Shown: piece by piece, positions 36,741 through 46,562 of the stretch
Numbering within the stretch: the stretch's first letter is position 1
Layout of the letters: every line of letters begins with the position of its first letter
NCBI GenBank assembly: GCA_035627835.1
Contig: DASPKX010000147.1
Span: forward strand, 8,964 to 72,963
DNA from: Candidatus Methylomirabilota bacterium
GTDB taxonomy: Bacteria > Verrucomicrobiota > Verrucomicrobiia > Limisphaerales > SXQI01
Length of the DNA: 64,000 bases
Direction: 5' to 3'
Made by a program: the position numbers and the translations under genes
The notes under the pieces: generated by a model
What the model was told of the DNA's origin: nothing
The model's input: the letters and a program-made list of their open reading frames with translations, nothing else
Databases searched by the model: none

Positions 36741-38540
36741 TTACTCTTTTCGTTGGGCGCGGAGGTCGATGTGCAGATCGCGGAGTTGCTTCGGCTCCAC
36801 GGGCGCTGGGGACTCCGTCATCAGATCGGTGCCCTTCGCGGTTTTCGGGAAGGCGATCACGTCACGAATGCTTGGGGTGCCGCACAGAATTGCGATCAGA
36901 CGGTCAAAACCGAGGGCGATGCCGCCATGCGGAGGCGCGCCGTACTTGAACGCTTCCAACATGTAGCCGAAACGGGCTTTCACCATGTCCGGTGGAATCT
37001 GGAGCAGTTCCTGGAAGATGGTGTTTTGAACCTCGGGCTGATGAATGCGGATGGAGCCGCCGCCCAACTCGACGCCGTTCACGACGATATCGTAATGCTG
37101 GCCACGAACCTTCTTCGGATCGGTCTTGAGCAGCGGGATATCCTCAGCAACCGGAGCGGTGAATGGATGGTGACTGGAGTACCAGCGGTTGAATTCTTTA
37201 TCGTAGGCCAGGAGCGGAAACTCCACCACCCAAAGGAAGTTGAACTGATCGGCTGGAATGTTCAGCTTCCCGCGGCTCTTTAAGAGGTCGGCGCAATAAA
37301 GGCGAATGCGGCCGAGAATCTCGCAGGCGTTTAACCATTGGTCCGCAGCGAAGAGGATCAAGTCGCCTTCCTCGATTTGCAGCTTCTCGGTGAGCGCCTG
37401 CTTCTCAGCTTCGCTGAAGAAGCGGACGATCGGAGACTTCCATTGGCCAGCTTCGACCTTGATGTAAGCGAGACCTTTGGCGCCAAAGCTCTTGGCGAAC
37501 TCGGTCATCGTTTCGACCTGCCCCTGCGTGACGTCGGCGAAGCCTTTGGCGTTCATTGCTTTGATGACGCCGCCTGCGGCGACGGCGCTGGCGAAGACTT
37601 TGAATTCGCTCTTGGCGAACGTCTCCGTGAAATCGACCAGCTCCATTCCGAAACGGGTGTCCGGCTTGTCGATGCCGTAGCGGTTGAGCGCTTCCTCAAA
37701 CGAGATGCGCTTGAACGGCGTCGGGATATCCATGTTGAGCGCGGTTTTCCAAACGCGCTTCAGCAAGCCCTCAATCAGGTTGTAAATGTCTTCACGCTCG
37801 ATGAAGGACATTTCCAAATCGACCTGGGTAAACTCGGGCTGGCGGTCGGCGCGAAGGTCCTCGTCGCGGTAGCACTTAGCGAGTTGGAAGTAACGCTCGA
37901 CGCCAGCAACCATCAGGATTTGCTTAAACTGCTGAGGCGATTGCGGGAGAGCGTAGAAGTGGCCGGGGTGCAAACGGCTCGGCACGAGAAACTCGCGCGC
38001 GCCTTCGGGTGTGGACTTGAAAAGGGTTGGCGTCTCGACTTCGAGAAAGCCTTGCTCATCGAGGAACACGCGCGTGGCGGTGGCCACTTTGCTGCGCAAA
38101 CGGAGGTTGCGAGCCATCTCCGGGCGGCGGAGGTCCAGATAGCGGTATTGCAGCCGCAGCTCTTCATTCACCTTGCTGGCGACTTCAGGATCGTCCACTG
38201 GGAATGGCAGGACTTCCGCGTGGTTCAGGATCTCCAGCTCCTTGGCCACGATCTCCACTTCACCAGTGGGAATTTTGCTGTTGTTCGTCCCTTGAGGGCG
38301 GGTGCGCACGCGACCCGTCACGCTGATGACCGACTCGCTCCGAAGGCTGGAGGCGCGGTCGAACAGTTCCTTCGACATGTCGGAGGGATCGAACACGGTT
38401 TGGGTGCGGCCCTCCCGGTCACGAATGTCGATAAAGATAAGGCCGCCGAGATCACGGCGGGAATGAACCCATCCCTGGAGCGTCACAGTCTGGCCAACAT
38501 GGCCCTGGCGCAACTCGTTGCAATGGTGCGTGCGTTTCAT
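36741..38540 (-). CDS. aspS: Aspartate--tRNA ligase
   Basis: RTHHCNEL, RRDLGGLIFIDIRD, STPEGAREF, PQSPQQFKQ, RDEDLRADRQPEF and PPHGG...GFDR. Confidence 0.98.
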   Translation of the reverse strand: MKRTHHCNELRQGHVGQTVTLQGWVHSRRDLGGLIFIDIRDREGRTQTVFDPSDMSKELFDRASSLRSESVISVTGRVRTRPQGTNNSKIPTGEVEIVAKELEILNHAEVLPFPVDDPEVASKVNEELRLQYRYLDLRRPEMARNLRLRSKVATATRVFLDEQGFLEVETPTLFKSTPEGAREFLVPSRLHPGHFYALPQSPQQFKQILMVAGVERYFQLAKCYRDEDLRADRQPEFTQVDLEMSFIEREDIYNLIEGLLKRVWKTALNMDIPTPFKRISFEEALNRYGIDKPDTRFGMELVDFTETFAKSEFKVFASAVAAGGVIKAMNAKGFADVTQGQVETMTEFAKSFGAKGLAYIKVEAGQWKSPIVRFFSEAEKQALTEKLQIEEGDLILFAADQWLNACEILGRIRLYCADLLKSRGKLNIPADQFNFLWVVEFPLLAYDKEFNRWYSSHHPFTAPVAEDIPLLKTDPKKVRGQHYDIVVNGVELGGGSIRIHQPEVQNTIFQELLQIPPDMVKARFGYMLEAFKYGAPPHGGIALGFDRLIAILCGTPSIRDVIAFPKTAKGTDLMTESPAPVEPKQLRDLHIDLRAQRKE

Positions 38541-38638
38541 GAGCTAACATTCCATTTCCCGGGAAAGTCCCGGTAAATGGGAGGCGGATGTTCGCCGACG
38601 ATTATCCCCATTTCAAATTGAAAATGGGGGTAGTGCGC

Positions 38639-39775
38639 TCAGCTTGGGAACCCAAGAAAGCGAATGCAGACTGGCTTGGCGACTTTGACGGAATGGCCCG
38701 TGGGGGTGAGGCGGCCTGTGGCCGGATCAATCTTGAACACGACGATGTTCCCGGAGTCCTGGTTTGCTGCGAGCAGGTATTTGCCGGTTGGCTCCATGCC
38801 GAAGTTGCGCGGGGTCTTCCCCTGGGTGGACACGTTTTCGATGTGGGTGAGCTTGCCGCTGGCTGGATCAAAGCCAAACACCGCGATGCTGTCATGGCCA
38901 CGATTCGAGGCGTAGATCCATTTTGAAGACAGGTGCGCGCGAATCTCGGCGGTGCTGTTGTTCCCCTTAAAATCAGAAGGAAGTGTCGAAAGCGATTCAA
39001 TCGGGGTCAGGGCTCCTCGGGTGAAGTCGTAGCGGAATGAGTTGATGGTGGAATCCAGCTCACCGAGGGCAAAGAGGTATGGCCCGCCCGCAAAGGTGAA
39101 ATGCCGCGGCCCAGCGCCCGGCTTCAGACTGGCGGAGGGAGGATCGTTCGGGCTGAGAGCGCCAGTGCGTTTATCGAAGCGATAGACAAGCAGCTTATCG
39201 AGGCCGAGGTCCGCAGCGATGGCGAAGTTGTTTTGGAAATCGAGGTTGATGGCGTGCGCGTGCGGCTCCTTCTGGCGGTTCTGATTCACGCTCGATCCCG
39301 TGTGCTGAACGAACGCGCTCCGTTCCGCGAGGGAGCCATCCGGCTTCACCGGGAAAGCGGCGACGCTGCCGCCTCCGTAGTTTGCAATCAGCACATGCTT
39401 CCCCTGCCGATCCATGCTGATGTGGCAGGGGCCGTCTCCGCCGGAAGGTTGCTGGTTGAGGAGGCGCAGCTTGCCCGTCGTGGCATCGACCGCGAAGGCG
39501 CTGACGGCGCCGGTTTTGCCACCTTGAAAGTTGCCGACTTCATTGACCGCGTAAACAAACTGCTTGCTCGGGTGGATCGCGAGAAACGAGGGGCTTTCCA
39601 CTTCGGCGGCAAGCTCCGGCTCTGTGAGAGCCCCGGTGGCAAGGTCCAGTTTGCTAACGTAAATCCCTTTGCTGCCGCTGCCGGTGTATGTCCCAATGTA
39701 AAAAGAAACCGTCTCGGCCAAGGCCGAAGATGCGATGCTCATAATTGCTGCCAAAAGAAGCGCTACCCGTTTCAT
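38639..39775 (-). CDS. Exported 6-phosphogluconolactonase-like beta-propeller (lactonase family)
   Basis: Signal peptide, YIGTYT, SPSFLA, PCH, PHAH, GAGPRH, SNRGHDSIA and PRNF. Confidence 0.9.
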   Translation of the reverse strand: MKRVALLLAAIMSIASSALAETVSFYIGTYTGSGSKGIYVSKLDLATGALTEPELAAEVESPSFLAIHPSKQFVYAVNEVGNFQGGKTGAVSAFAVDATTGKLRLLNQQPSGGDGPCHISMDRQGKHVLIANYGGGSVAAFPVKPDGSLAERSAFVQHTGSSVNQNRQKEPHAHAINLDFQNNFAIAADLGLDKLLVYRFDKRTGALSPNDPPSASLKPGAGPRHFTFAGGPYLFALGELDSTINSFRYDFTRGALTPIESLSTLPSDFKGNNSTAEIRAHLSSKWIYASNRGHDSIAVFGFDPASGKLTHIENVSTQGKTPRNFGMEPTGKYLLAANQDSGNIVVFKIDPATGRLTPTGHSVKVAKPVCIRFLGFPS

Positions 39776-39797
39776 AAATTGAATGGAATGCCCGTGT

Positions 39798-41072
39798 TTA
39801 ACGCCCGCGCAGAGCGCTGGCAATCACCTTTCCGAGACGCTTTGCGCCTTCCTCGAGATTCGCCTCGTTGGCGCTTCCAAAGCTTAAACGCATCTCGTTT
39901 CGTGGCGCGCGCCGGGTTTTATCCGCGCAATAGCAGAGTTCTCCCGGGACATAGAGCACATCATGCTCAAGGGCGCTCTGGAAGAGAGCGGATTTCGGCC
40001 CGACCGCGACGAGCTTCGGCAGCCCGGCCCAAATGTAAAGGCCACCTTCCGGCTCCAACCAGCGCGCCTCCGCAGGGAAATGCTTCCTGACGGCTTCGGC
40101 AAAGATGGCGGCTTTGTCCGCGTAGCGTTTTTGCAGGCGCTCCACATGGGAGCTGTATTGCCCCGAGCTGAGCGCTTTCAGCAAAATCTGCTGCAGCAGG
40201 TGAGAGGTGCCGAAGTCATGGTTGCCTTTGATCCTGGTGACGATCTCGAAAACGTCGGGAGGCAGAATTCCAAAGCCAACGCGCACGCCGGTCGCGAACG
40301 GTTTGCTATACGTTCCGGCGTAAAGTGTGCGGTCAGGCCCGCCAGGCAGAGAGAGGGCTGACGGAACATCGCGCCCGGCAAAGCGCAGATCGCGATAGGC
40401 GGCATCTTCGAGCAGGTAAATCGGATGCCCTGCGGCTTTCTCGAAACGCTTCAGGAGCGCAAGCGCTCCACGTTTTTTCTCCAACGCCATCGTAATAGCG
40501 GAGGGGTTTTGGAAATAGGTCACGGCGTAGAGAGCCTTCAGACGCGGCAGTTCGCCGGACTTCTCCAAAGATTTGAGAACCGTTTCAAGGCTCTCCAGGT
40601 TTATCCCGTCGCGGTCCAGACGCACGCCGCGGCAGTCCACTCCCCTGCTCTCGGCAATTCCGAGGAAAACGAAGTAGGTCGGGTCTTCGACGAGGATAAT
40701 GTCGCCAGGATCGCAAAGAGCCTCCGTGAGCAAGTAGAGCAGTTGCTGCGAGCCGTGGGTGATAACGGTTCGTTCAGCGAGGTAAGGCGTGCCTTTCGCA
40801 GCGCCATCCTCCCGGCGGATGCGGTCCGCCGTCAAATCGCGCAATTGCATGTCCCCTGCGGTGGAGCCGTACTGCAATGAACTCCGGGCGAGCTTCGGCT
40901 CCTTGAGGATGTCGTTCAGCAAGGCGGTCGTTTCTTTGACCGGCAAGGAGGGGTTGTCAGTGAATCCTGCGGCTAAAGAAATGAGGTTCGGCCGCTCGAG
41001 CGCGGTTTTCATCAACCAGGAAATGGGCGGCTCTTTCGTCCGTTGCGCCAGCGCTGAGAATGCCTTGTTCAT
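39798..41072 (-). CDS. PLP-dependent aminotransferase class I/II
   Basis: ISLAAG, EDPTYF, FQNPSA, EDAAY and the PLP lysine in GTYSK...G-x-RVG. Confidence 0.9.
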   Translation of the reverse strand: MNKAFSALAQRTKEPPISWLMKTALERPNLISLAAGFTDNPSLPVKETTALLNDILKEPKLARSSLQYGSTAGDMQLRDLTADRIRREDGAAKGTPYLAERTVITHGSQQLLYLLTEALCDPGDIILVEDPTYFVFLGIAESRGVDCRGVRLDRDGINLESLETVLKSLEKSGELPRLKALYAVTYFQNPSAITMALEKKRGALALLKRFEKAAGHPIYLLEDAAYRDLRFAGRDVPSALSLPGGPDRTLYAGTYSKPFATGVRVGFGILPPDVFEIVTRIKGNHDFGTSHLLQQILLKALSSGQYSSHVERLQKRYADKAAIFAEAVRKHFPAEARWLEPEGGLYIWAGLPKLVAVGPKSALFQSALEHDVLYVPGELCYCADKTRRAPRNEMRLSFGSANEANLEEGAKRLGKVIASALRGR

Positions 41073-41174
41073 GCGGAGATGTTAGATTGCAGATTCATGA
41101 ATGAAAACGGAGTTCTGCGCTGCATAGCCGCTGGATTCGAGGGGGGCTTGGAATGACCGTGAATCGCGCAAGAC

Positions 41175-41210
41175 CGTGTATTATCGTGTAAAAGCGTGTA
41201 AAAACGTGTT
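41175..41210. promoter_or_regulatory. Four CGTGT(A/T) motifs at exact 10-bp spacing
   Basis: CGTGTA-TTAT-CGTGTA-AAAG-CGTGTA-AAAA-CGTGTT in the divergent aminotransferase/dprA intergenic region. Confidence 0.5.
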
Positions 41211-41490
41211 TTTCCGAAACAGCGGCTCATTTGGCATTTTGGATGCTTGCCGCCGAATGGCGCATGACCGTGGATGATCGCGCTTTCGCATTACGGAGGT
41301 CAGATGGCGCGCCTTCGACTCGTGATGGCATCATGGATTGCACACAACTGGTTACATGTAATCTGTTTGGACGGTCATTGTCAACCGGATTTCAAAGGGG
41401 GGACTGGCATATTGCGTGGCGCTGTTTGGGTTCTGAAACGCTTCATTTCACTCGCTGGTGTTTATCTGCTCGGCTAATCTGCGTCAGCGC

Positions 41491-42597
41491 ATGACTTCAA
41501 GGGAGGCATTCATTGCATTGAACATGATCGAGGGGGTTGGACCGGTGCGGGTTCGGCAGCTTCTCGAGTTCTTTGGCAATGCCCCTGCGATTTTAGCCGC
41601 GCGGGAAAGTGACCTTGTCCGCGCTCCAGGAATTGGGCCGGACACCGCGCGTTCAATAGCGTCCTGGCAATCGACGGTCGATCTCGACAAGGAGCTTCGC
41701 TCGATTGAGGAGCATGGCTGTCATGTTCTCATTCACGATGACGACAATTTTCCGCCGCTGCTGAAGCAGATCTACGATCCGCCCATTCTTCTCTACGTAC
41801 GGGGTGACCTGCGGCCGGAGGATCGAAACGCGATTGCGCTAGTGGGCTCGCGCCAGACGACTTCTTATGGGATGGAAACCGCCCGGAGGCTTGGATTTCA
41901 ACTGGCGCAAACGGGCGTGACGGTTGTGAGCGGAGGGGCGCGAGGCATCGACACCGCAGCGCATCAAGGGGCGCTAGCCGGCCAGGGGCGCACGATCGCA
42001 GTGCTGGGGACTGGCATTAACATTGTCTTCCCGCCGGAAAACAAAAGCCTGTTCGACCGCATCGCTGAGCGCGGCGCGGTCGTGACGCAGTTTCCGTTTA
42101 ACAGGCCTGCGGACAAGCAGAGCTTTCCGATTCGGAACCGCATCGTGGCGGGTATGACCCTTGGGACGGTGGTCATAGAAGCAAACCTCACGAGCGGAGC
42201 GTTAATCACGGCGAATTTCGCCGTTGAGTACGGAAGGCAGGTTTTCGCCGTGCCGGGGATGATTACTTCGCCCCGCAGCAAAGGGTGCCACGATCTCATC
42301 AAGAAAGGAGCCAAGCTCTGTGAAGGGATAGACGACATTCTTCCAGAGTTTGAATACCTGTTTCCACCGCCGAATCGGGCGATCAGCGAGCCCGGAACTC
42401 CGATGCTGGCCGGATTGACCCTGACGGAAAATGAGCAGAAAATTTACGACGCGGTCTCAGACCAGGAATCGAGCATGGATGAAATCATCCGTCGGACCGG
42501 TTTGCCAGCTTCGGCAGTGGCTGTAGCCTTGCTGACGTTGGAGATGAAGCGGTTGGTCAAGCAACTGCCCGGGAAGTTGTTCGTGCGGAATCGTTGA
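41491..42597 (+). CDS. dprA: DNA-processing protein DprA
   Basis: YDPP-x-LLYVRG, VGSR, VSGGARGID-x-AAH, FPIRNRIVAG, SGALITA and a C-terminal winged helix. Confidence 0.95.
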   Translation: MTSREAFIALNMIEGVGPVRVRQLLEFFGNAPAILAARESDLVRAPGIGPDTARSIASWQSTVDLDKELRSIEEHGCHVLIHDDDNFPPLLKQIYDPPILLYVRGDLRPEDRNAIALVGSRQTTSYGMETARRLGFQLAQTGVTVVSGGARGIDTAAHQGALAGQGRTIAVLGTGINIVFPPENKSLFDRIAERGAVVTQFPFNRPADKQSFPIRNRIVAGMTLGTVVIEANLTSGALITANFAVEYGRQVFAVPGMITSPRSKGCHDLIKKGAKLCEGIDDILPEFEYLFPPPNRAISEPGTPMLAGLTLTENEQKIYDAVSDQESSMDEIIRRTGLPASAVAVALLTLEMKRLVKQLPGKLFVRNR

Positions 42598-44132
42598 AAG
42601 ATTATTGGATGGGAAGTCTTAGAACATGGGTTGGGCTCATCGCCGCGTTCGCGCTCTCAGCGCTTTTCGCCACACAATCTCATGGGGCGACACCAGCGGG
42701 GCTGCAGACGCACCATGTTCAATTAAGTCGCGGGGAGGATCTGCTGAATACGCTCCAGCAATTTGGGCGCACCCAGCAACTGAACTCCGCGGTGGTGCTA
42801 TCCGCGTCCGGAAGCCTCACGCGCGCGGCCATTCTGTTGCCTGAGCGGGAGCAGCCCACCGTCTTAACCGGCGCGTGGACTTTGATTTCGCTCACAGGCT
42901 CGCTGAATCGAACGAACGCGTTGCTCCAGATTTCGATGAGCGACAAGGATGGTCGCACGATGGGAGGGCAGTTGATGGAGGGAACGACGGTTGGGCAAAT
43001 GCAAGTGATGCTCGGGGATCTTGCCTCCAGCCCTGCCCCTCAGCGCACAAATGCAGGCCCCACAACTATTCAGCCACCCATCCTCTCGCCGGAGATTACA
43101 CCGGACAAGCGGGTGATCGTTCGACTCCTTGCGCCGAACGCCACGTCTGTGGCAGTGGCCGGTGATTGGGGAGGCGGGGTGAAGCCGCTCACGATGGATG
43201 CTGCGGGGATCTGGAGCGGAACGGTGGGGCCGCTGGAGCCGGATATTTATAGTTACACTTTCATTGTGGACGAGCTGCGGATGTTGGACCCGGGCAACTC
43301 ATGGGTGAAGCCTGCGCGCTCGCCTCGTTCGAGCATTGTGCGAGTTCCGGGAGACACGTTGCTGGCGCACGATTTCCAGGATGTTCCGCATGGAGTGCTT
43401 CGGCAGCACATGTACGATTCAAAATCCCTGAAGCGGCAGCGATCCGTAGTGGTTTACACGCCGCCCGACTACGACAAGAACGCGCTCTCGAGGTACCCCA
43501 CGCTGTATCTGTTGCATGGGAACGGTGACACCGAACAAACGTGGAGTGTGCTGGGCCGCGTTGGGATGATCATGGATAACTTAATCGCGAGCGCAAAGGC
43601 CAAGCCAATGCTGGTCGTGATGCCGGATGCGCATGCGTTGGCGCCGGAAGGAGCTGGCGCTGATTACCGGCAACGCAACCGGGAAGCTCTGCGGACCGAG
43701 CTGCTGCAGGAGATATTGCCGCTCGTGGAGAGCAACTATCGTGTGGCGCAGACGAACACGTCGCGCGCTCTTGCTGGTTTGTCGATGGGCGGAGGGCAGG
43801 CCTTGATCATTGGCTTGGCCGAAAATCGCTTCGGCTGGGTGGGCGGATTCAGCCCCTCGCTCCCAGATGCTGAGAGCGCGCTAGCCAGCGTGCTTGATGA
43901 TTCGCGTGCGCTGAATGATCGCTTGAAGCTGCTGTGGCTCGCGTGCGGGAAGGATGACTTCCTCATCGACCAGTCTCGCAAGTTTAACCAACTGCTGACC
44001 CAAAAGAAGGTGCGTCACCAGTTCACAGAGTCGGACGGCGGGCATACATGGCCGGTATGGCGGAAATATCTGGGGGAATTTGCCCCGTTACTTTTTCAAA
44101 CGCCCTCGGAGGTAACGGCGAGCCGGCCTTAA
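42594..44132 (+). CDS. Exported esterase (CE1-like) with N-terminal PPC/DUF296-like and E-set domains
   Basis: Signal peptide, PPC-like segment, Ig-like E-set segment, and an alpha/beta hydrolase with YLLHG, GLSMGG and GGHTW. Confidence 0.85.
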   Translation: MKDYWMGSLRTWVGLIAAFALSALFATQSHGATPAGLQTHHVQLSRGEDLLNTLQQFGRTQQLNSAVVLSASGSLTRAAILLPEREQPTVLTGAWTLISLTGSLNRTNALLQISMSDKDGRTMGGQLMEGTTVGQMQVMLGDLASSPAPQRTNAGPTTIQPPILSPEITPDKRVIVRLLAPNATSVAVAGDWGGGVKPLTMDAAGIWSGTVGPLEPDIYSYTFIVDELRMLDPGNSWVKPARSPRSSIVRVPGDTLLAHDFQDVPHGVLRQHMYDSKSLKRQRSVVVYTPPDYDKNALSRYPTLYLLHGNGDTEQTWSVLGRVGMIMDNLIASAKAKPMLVVMPDAHALAPEGAGADYRQRNREALRTELLQEILPLVESNYRVAQTNTSRALAGLSMGGGQALIIGLAENRFGWVGGFSPSLPDAESALASVLDDSRALNDRLKLLWLACGKDDFLIDQSRKFNQLLTQKKVRHQFTESDGGHTWPVWRKYLGEFAPLLFQTPSEVTASRP

Positions 44133-44136
44133 GCCT

Positions 44137-44994
44137 TTAGCGGGAATTTCGAATCTCGTTGAGGGGCTCGGCGAACCCTTCGCGGAATGTGGGATACCGC
44201 AGCGTCCATCCAAGTTCGTGGCGCGCTTTGCGATTGCTGACGCATTTGTCGGTCACACCACGTTTGCGAGGGGATTCAGATGGGTCGCGCGGAGGAATGG
44301 GCTTGTTGAGCTGAGCGGCCAGCCAGTGATAAAAATCGGTCTGCCGCACGGGCTCATCGTCAGTGATGTTATATAAGTTCCCTGAGCCTTTCCCATGAAC
44401 GGCTGATTGGAATGCGGTCACGATGTCGTCGCGATGAACCATGTTCAGGTGGCGCTCGGGCTTTCCGGTGATCCTCGCCTGACCGGCAACGAATTGTTTA
44501 AAGAGGTGCCCACGTCCGGGGCCGTAAATGCCCGAGATGCGCAGGACGATGCCTTTGAAATGGTTGCGAACCATCTGCTCCATCGCGACAAGGGCCTGGC
44601 CCGTTGCGGCTTCTGGGCTGGTGGGGCTGTCCTCATCGACCCATTCGCCGTCATCTTGCGCGTAAACACTGGTGCTGCTGGCTTGGACAAAGCGGCTGAC
44701 GGAGGTTGGGAGCGCGTGCAGCAAGTTACGGGTGCCATCGACGTAGATGCGGTGATAATCCTCAGGCCCTCCTCCTGATGAGGAGACGAGGTTCACGACG
44801 ACATCGACGACGGGGAAATTGTGCAGAGTGGAGGCATTCGTGATGTCGGCCACCAAAGTCTGGAAGCCGGCGTTCGTGAGTTCAGAAACTCTTGCTGGTT
44901 TTGAGGTGGCCGTAACGACGTGGACGCCCTCCGCGCTCAGCGCCTGCGCCAGGGGCAATCCGACATAACCCACTCCGAAGATTAGAACTCGCAT
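44137..44994 (-). CDS. NAD-dependent epimerase/dehydratase (atypical SDR)
   Basis: GVGYVG, SSTSVY, LRISGIYGPGR and VHRDDI. Start moved to ATG 44994. Confidence 0.88.
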   Translation of the reverse strand: MRVLIFGVGYVGLPLAQALSAEGVHVVTATSKPARVSELTNAGFQTLVADITNASTLHNFPVVDVVVNLVSSSGGGPEDYHRIYVDGTRNLLHALPTSVSRFVQASSTSVYAQDDGEWVDEDSPTSPEAATGQALVAMEQMVRNHFKGIVLRISGIYGPGRGHLFKQFVAGQARITGKPERHLNMVHRDDIVTAFQSAVHGKGSGNLYNITDDEPVRQTDFYHWLAAQLNKPIPPRDPSESPRKRGVTDKCVSNRKARHELGWTLRYPTFREGFAEPLNEIRNSR

Positions 44995-45052
44995 TAGAAG
45001 CCGTCTCACAAATACCCAAGCAGCGTCTTGCGGGTTGTTTATGAGACGGCTT

Positions 45053-46516
45053 CTAGCACGCGATCTGTTTGCGCGGTGAAAAGTCACCGCAACGCTTTGA
45101 ACCAGGGAACATTTTGTGCGGGTTCATGACTTGGTCTGGATCGAACACCGAACGCAGCATCTTCATGGCATCGAGGTCAGCGGGCGAGAACTGACGGGAC
45201 ATGAACTCCACCTTTTCCACGCCAATCCCATGCTCACCACTGACGCTGCCGCCGAGTTCAATGCACCTGGCCAGGATGTCCTCCCCTGCCGCGACTGCGC
45301 GGCGCACCTGCTCAGGATCGCGTTCATCAAAAAGAATGAGCGGATGAATGTTCCCGTCGCCTGCATGGAAGACGTTGGGTATGCGCAAGTCGTGCTTGTG
45401 GCTGGTCTCCTGGATGAATCGCATGATCTCAGGCAACTTCGAGCGTGGGACCACGCCGTCTTGAGTGAGGTAGCTGGGGCTGAGCCGGCCAATGGAGCCA
45501 AAGGCGCGCTTGCGGGATTTCCATAGCAACGCGCGTTCCTCTTCAGTTTTTGCGACACGGACTTCCCGTGCTTTATTTGCCATGCAAAGGGAGACGACCT
45601 GTTCCGATTGGCGATGCAGACCGGCCGCGAGCCCGTCGAGTTCCACGATGAGGACAGCGCCAGCGTCTTGCGGGAACCCGAATTGATAAGCCGCCTCAAC
45701 CGCCTGCGTGATCAAGCTGTCCATCATTTCGATCGCAGCCGGGACGATGCCCGCGGAAATAATCGCGGAAACAGCTTTGCTCGCGTCATCAACCGTTTCG
45801 AAAACGCCCAGCATTGTTTTGAATGCTTCGGGCGCATGGATCAGGCGGACCAACACGCGCGTGACAATCCCGAACATTCCCTCGGAGCCAATGATAGCGC
45901 CTCGGAAGTCGTATCCATCGACGTCTTCTCCTCCATTCGGCGTCACTCCCACCCAATCGATCTCCCCTTCCGCATTCACGAACTCGAAGCCCAAGACATG
46001 GTTTGTGGTCACGCCATATTTAAGGGTGTGGGGGCCGCCAGAGTTCGTCGCAACATTGCCGCCGATGGTGCAGGCGGGTTGGCTGGAAGGATCCGGAGCG
46101 TAGAGCAGCCCATGGGCTTTTACCGCGTTGGTGATCCAGGCGTTAACGCAGCCGGCTTCGACTAAAGCGCGTTGGTTCTCCACGTCCACGCTCAAGACTC
46201 GGTTCATTCGAGTCATGGCAATCATGACTCCGCCGGTCACCGGAAGGACCGCGCCGCTTAAGCTGGTGCCAGCGCCACGAGGAATAATGGGCAGACGGTG
46301 TTTGCGACAGAACTTAACAACCTGACTTATTTGTGCCGCGCTGGTCGGAAGAACAACAGCGGTGGGTGGATGTTTCTCAAGCGTGTAGGCATCGCATTCG
46401 TAGACGAGAACATCCGAAGGCGCGATGAGGGCGCCGTCCTTCCCAACAATGTGGCGAAGCTCCTCCGCTAGCTCTTGTGAGAGCGGCGCAGGGGGTTCGC
46501 TGTGGGTATGCGGCAC
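45053..46516 (-). CDS. glcD: FAD-linked oxidase, glycolate oxidase subunit GlcD-like
   Basis: PRGAGTSLSG, PDPSS...CTIGGNVA, GSEG, HAGDGNIHP and GEHGIG. Confidence 0.82.
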   Translation of the reverse strand: MPHTHSEPPAPLSQELAEELRHIVGKDGALIAPSDVLVYECDAYTLEKHPPTAVVLPTSAAQISQVVKFCRKHRLPIIPRGAGTSLSGAVLPVTGGVMIAMTRMNRVLSVDVENQRALVEAGCVNAWITNAVKAHGLLYAPDPSSQPACTIGGNVATNSGGPHTLKYGVTTNHVLGFEFVNAEGEIDWVGVTPNGGEDVDGYDFRGAIIGSEGMFGIVTRVLVRLIHAPEAFKTMLGVFETVDDASKAVSAIISAGIVPAAIEMMDSLITQAVEAAYQFGFPQDAGAVLIVELDGLAAGLHRQSEQVVSLCMANKAREVRVAKTEEERALLWKSRKRAFGSIGRLSPSYLTQDGVVPRSKLPEIMRFIQETSHKHDLRIPNVFHAGDGNIHPLILFDERDPEQVRRAVAAGEDILARCIELGGSVSGEHGIGVEKVEFMSRQFSPADLDAMKMLRSVFDPDQVMNPHKMFPGSKRCGDFSPRKQIAC

Positions 46517-46562
46517 GAATGGACGTTACGAAGGAGAAGAGGTTGTGTCCAGAAAGGGTGGC

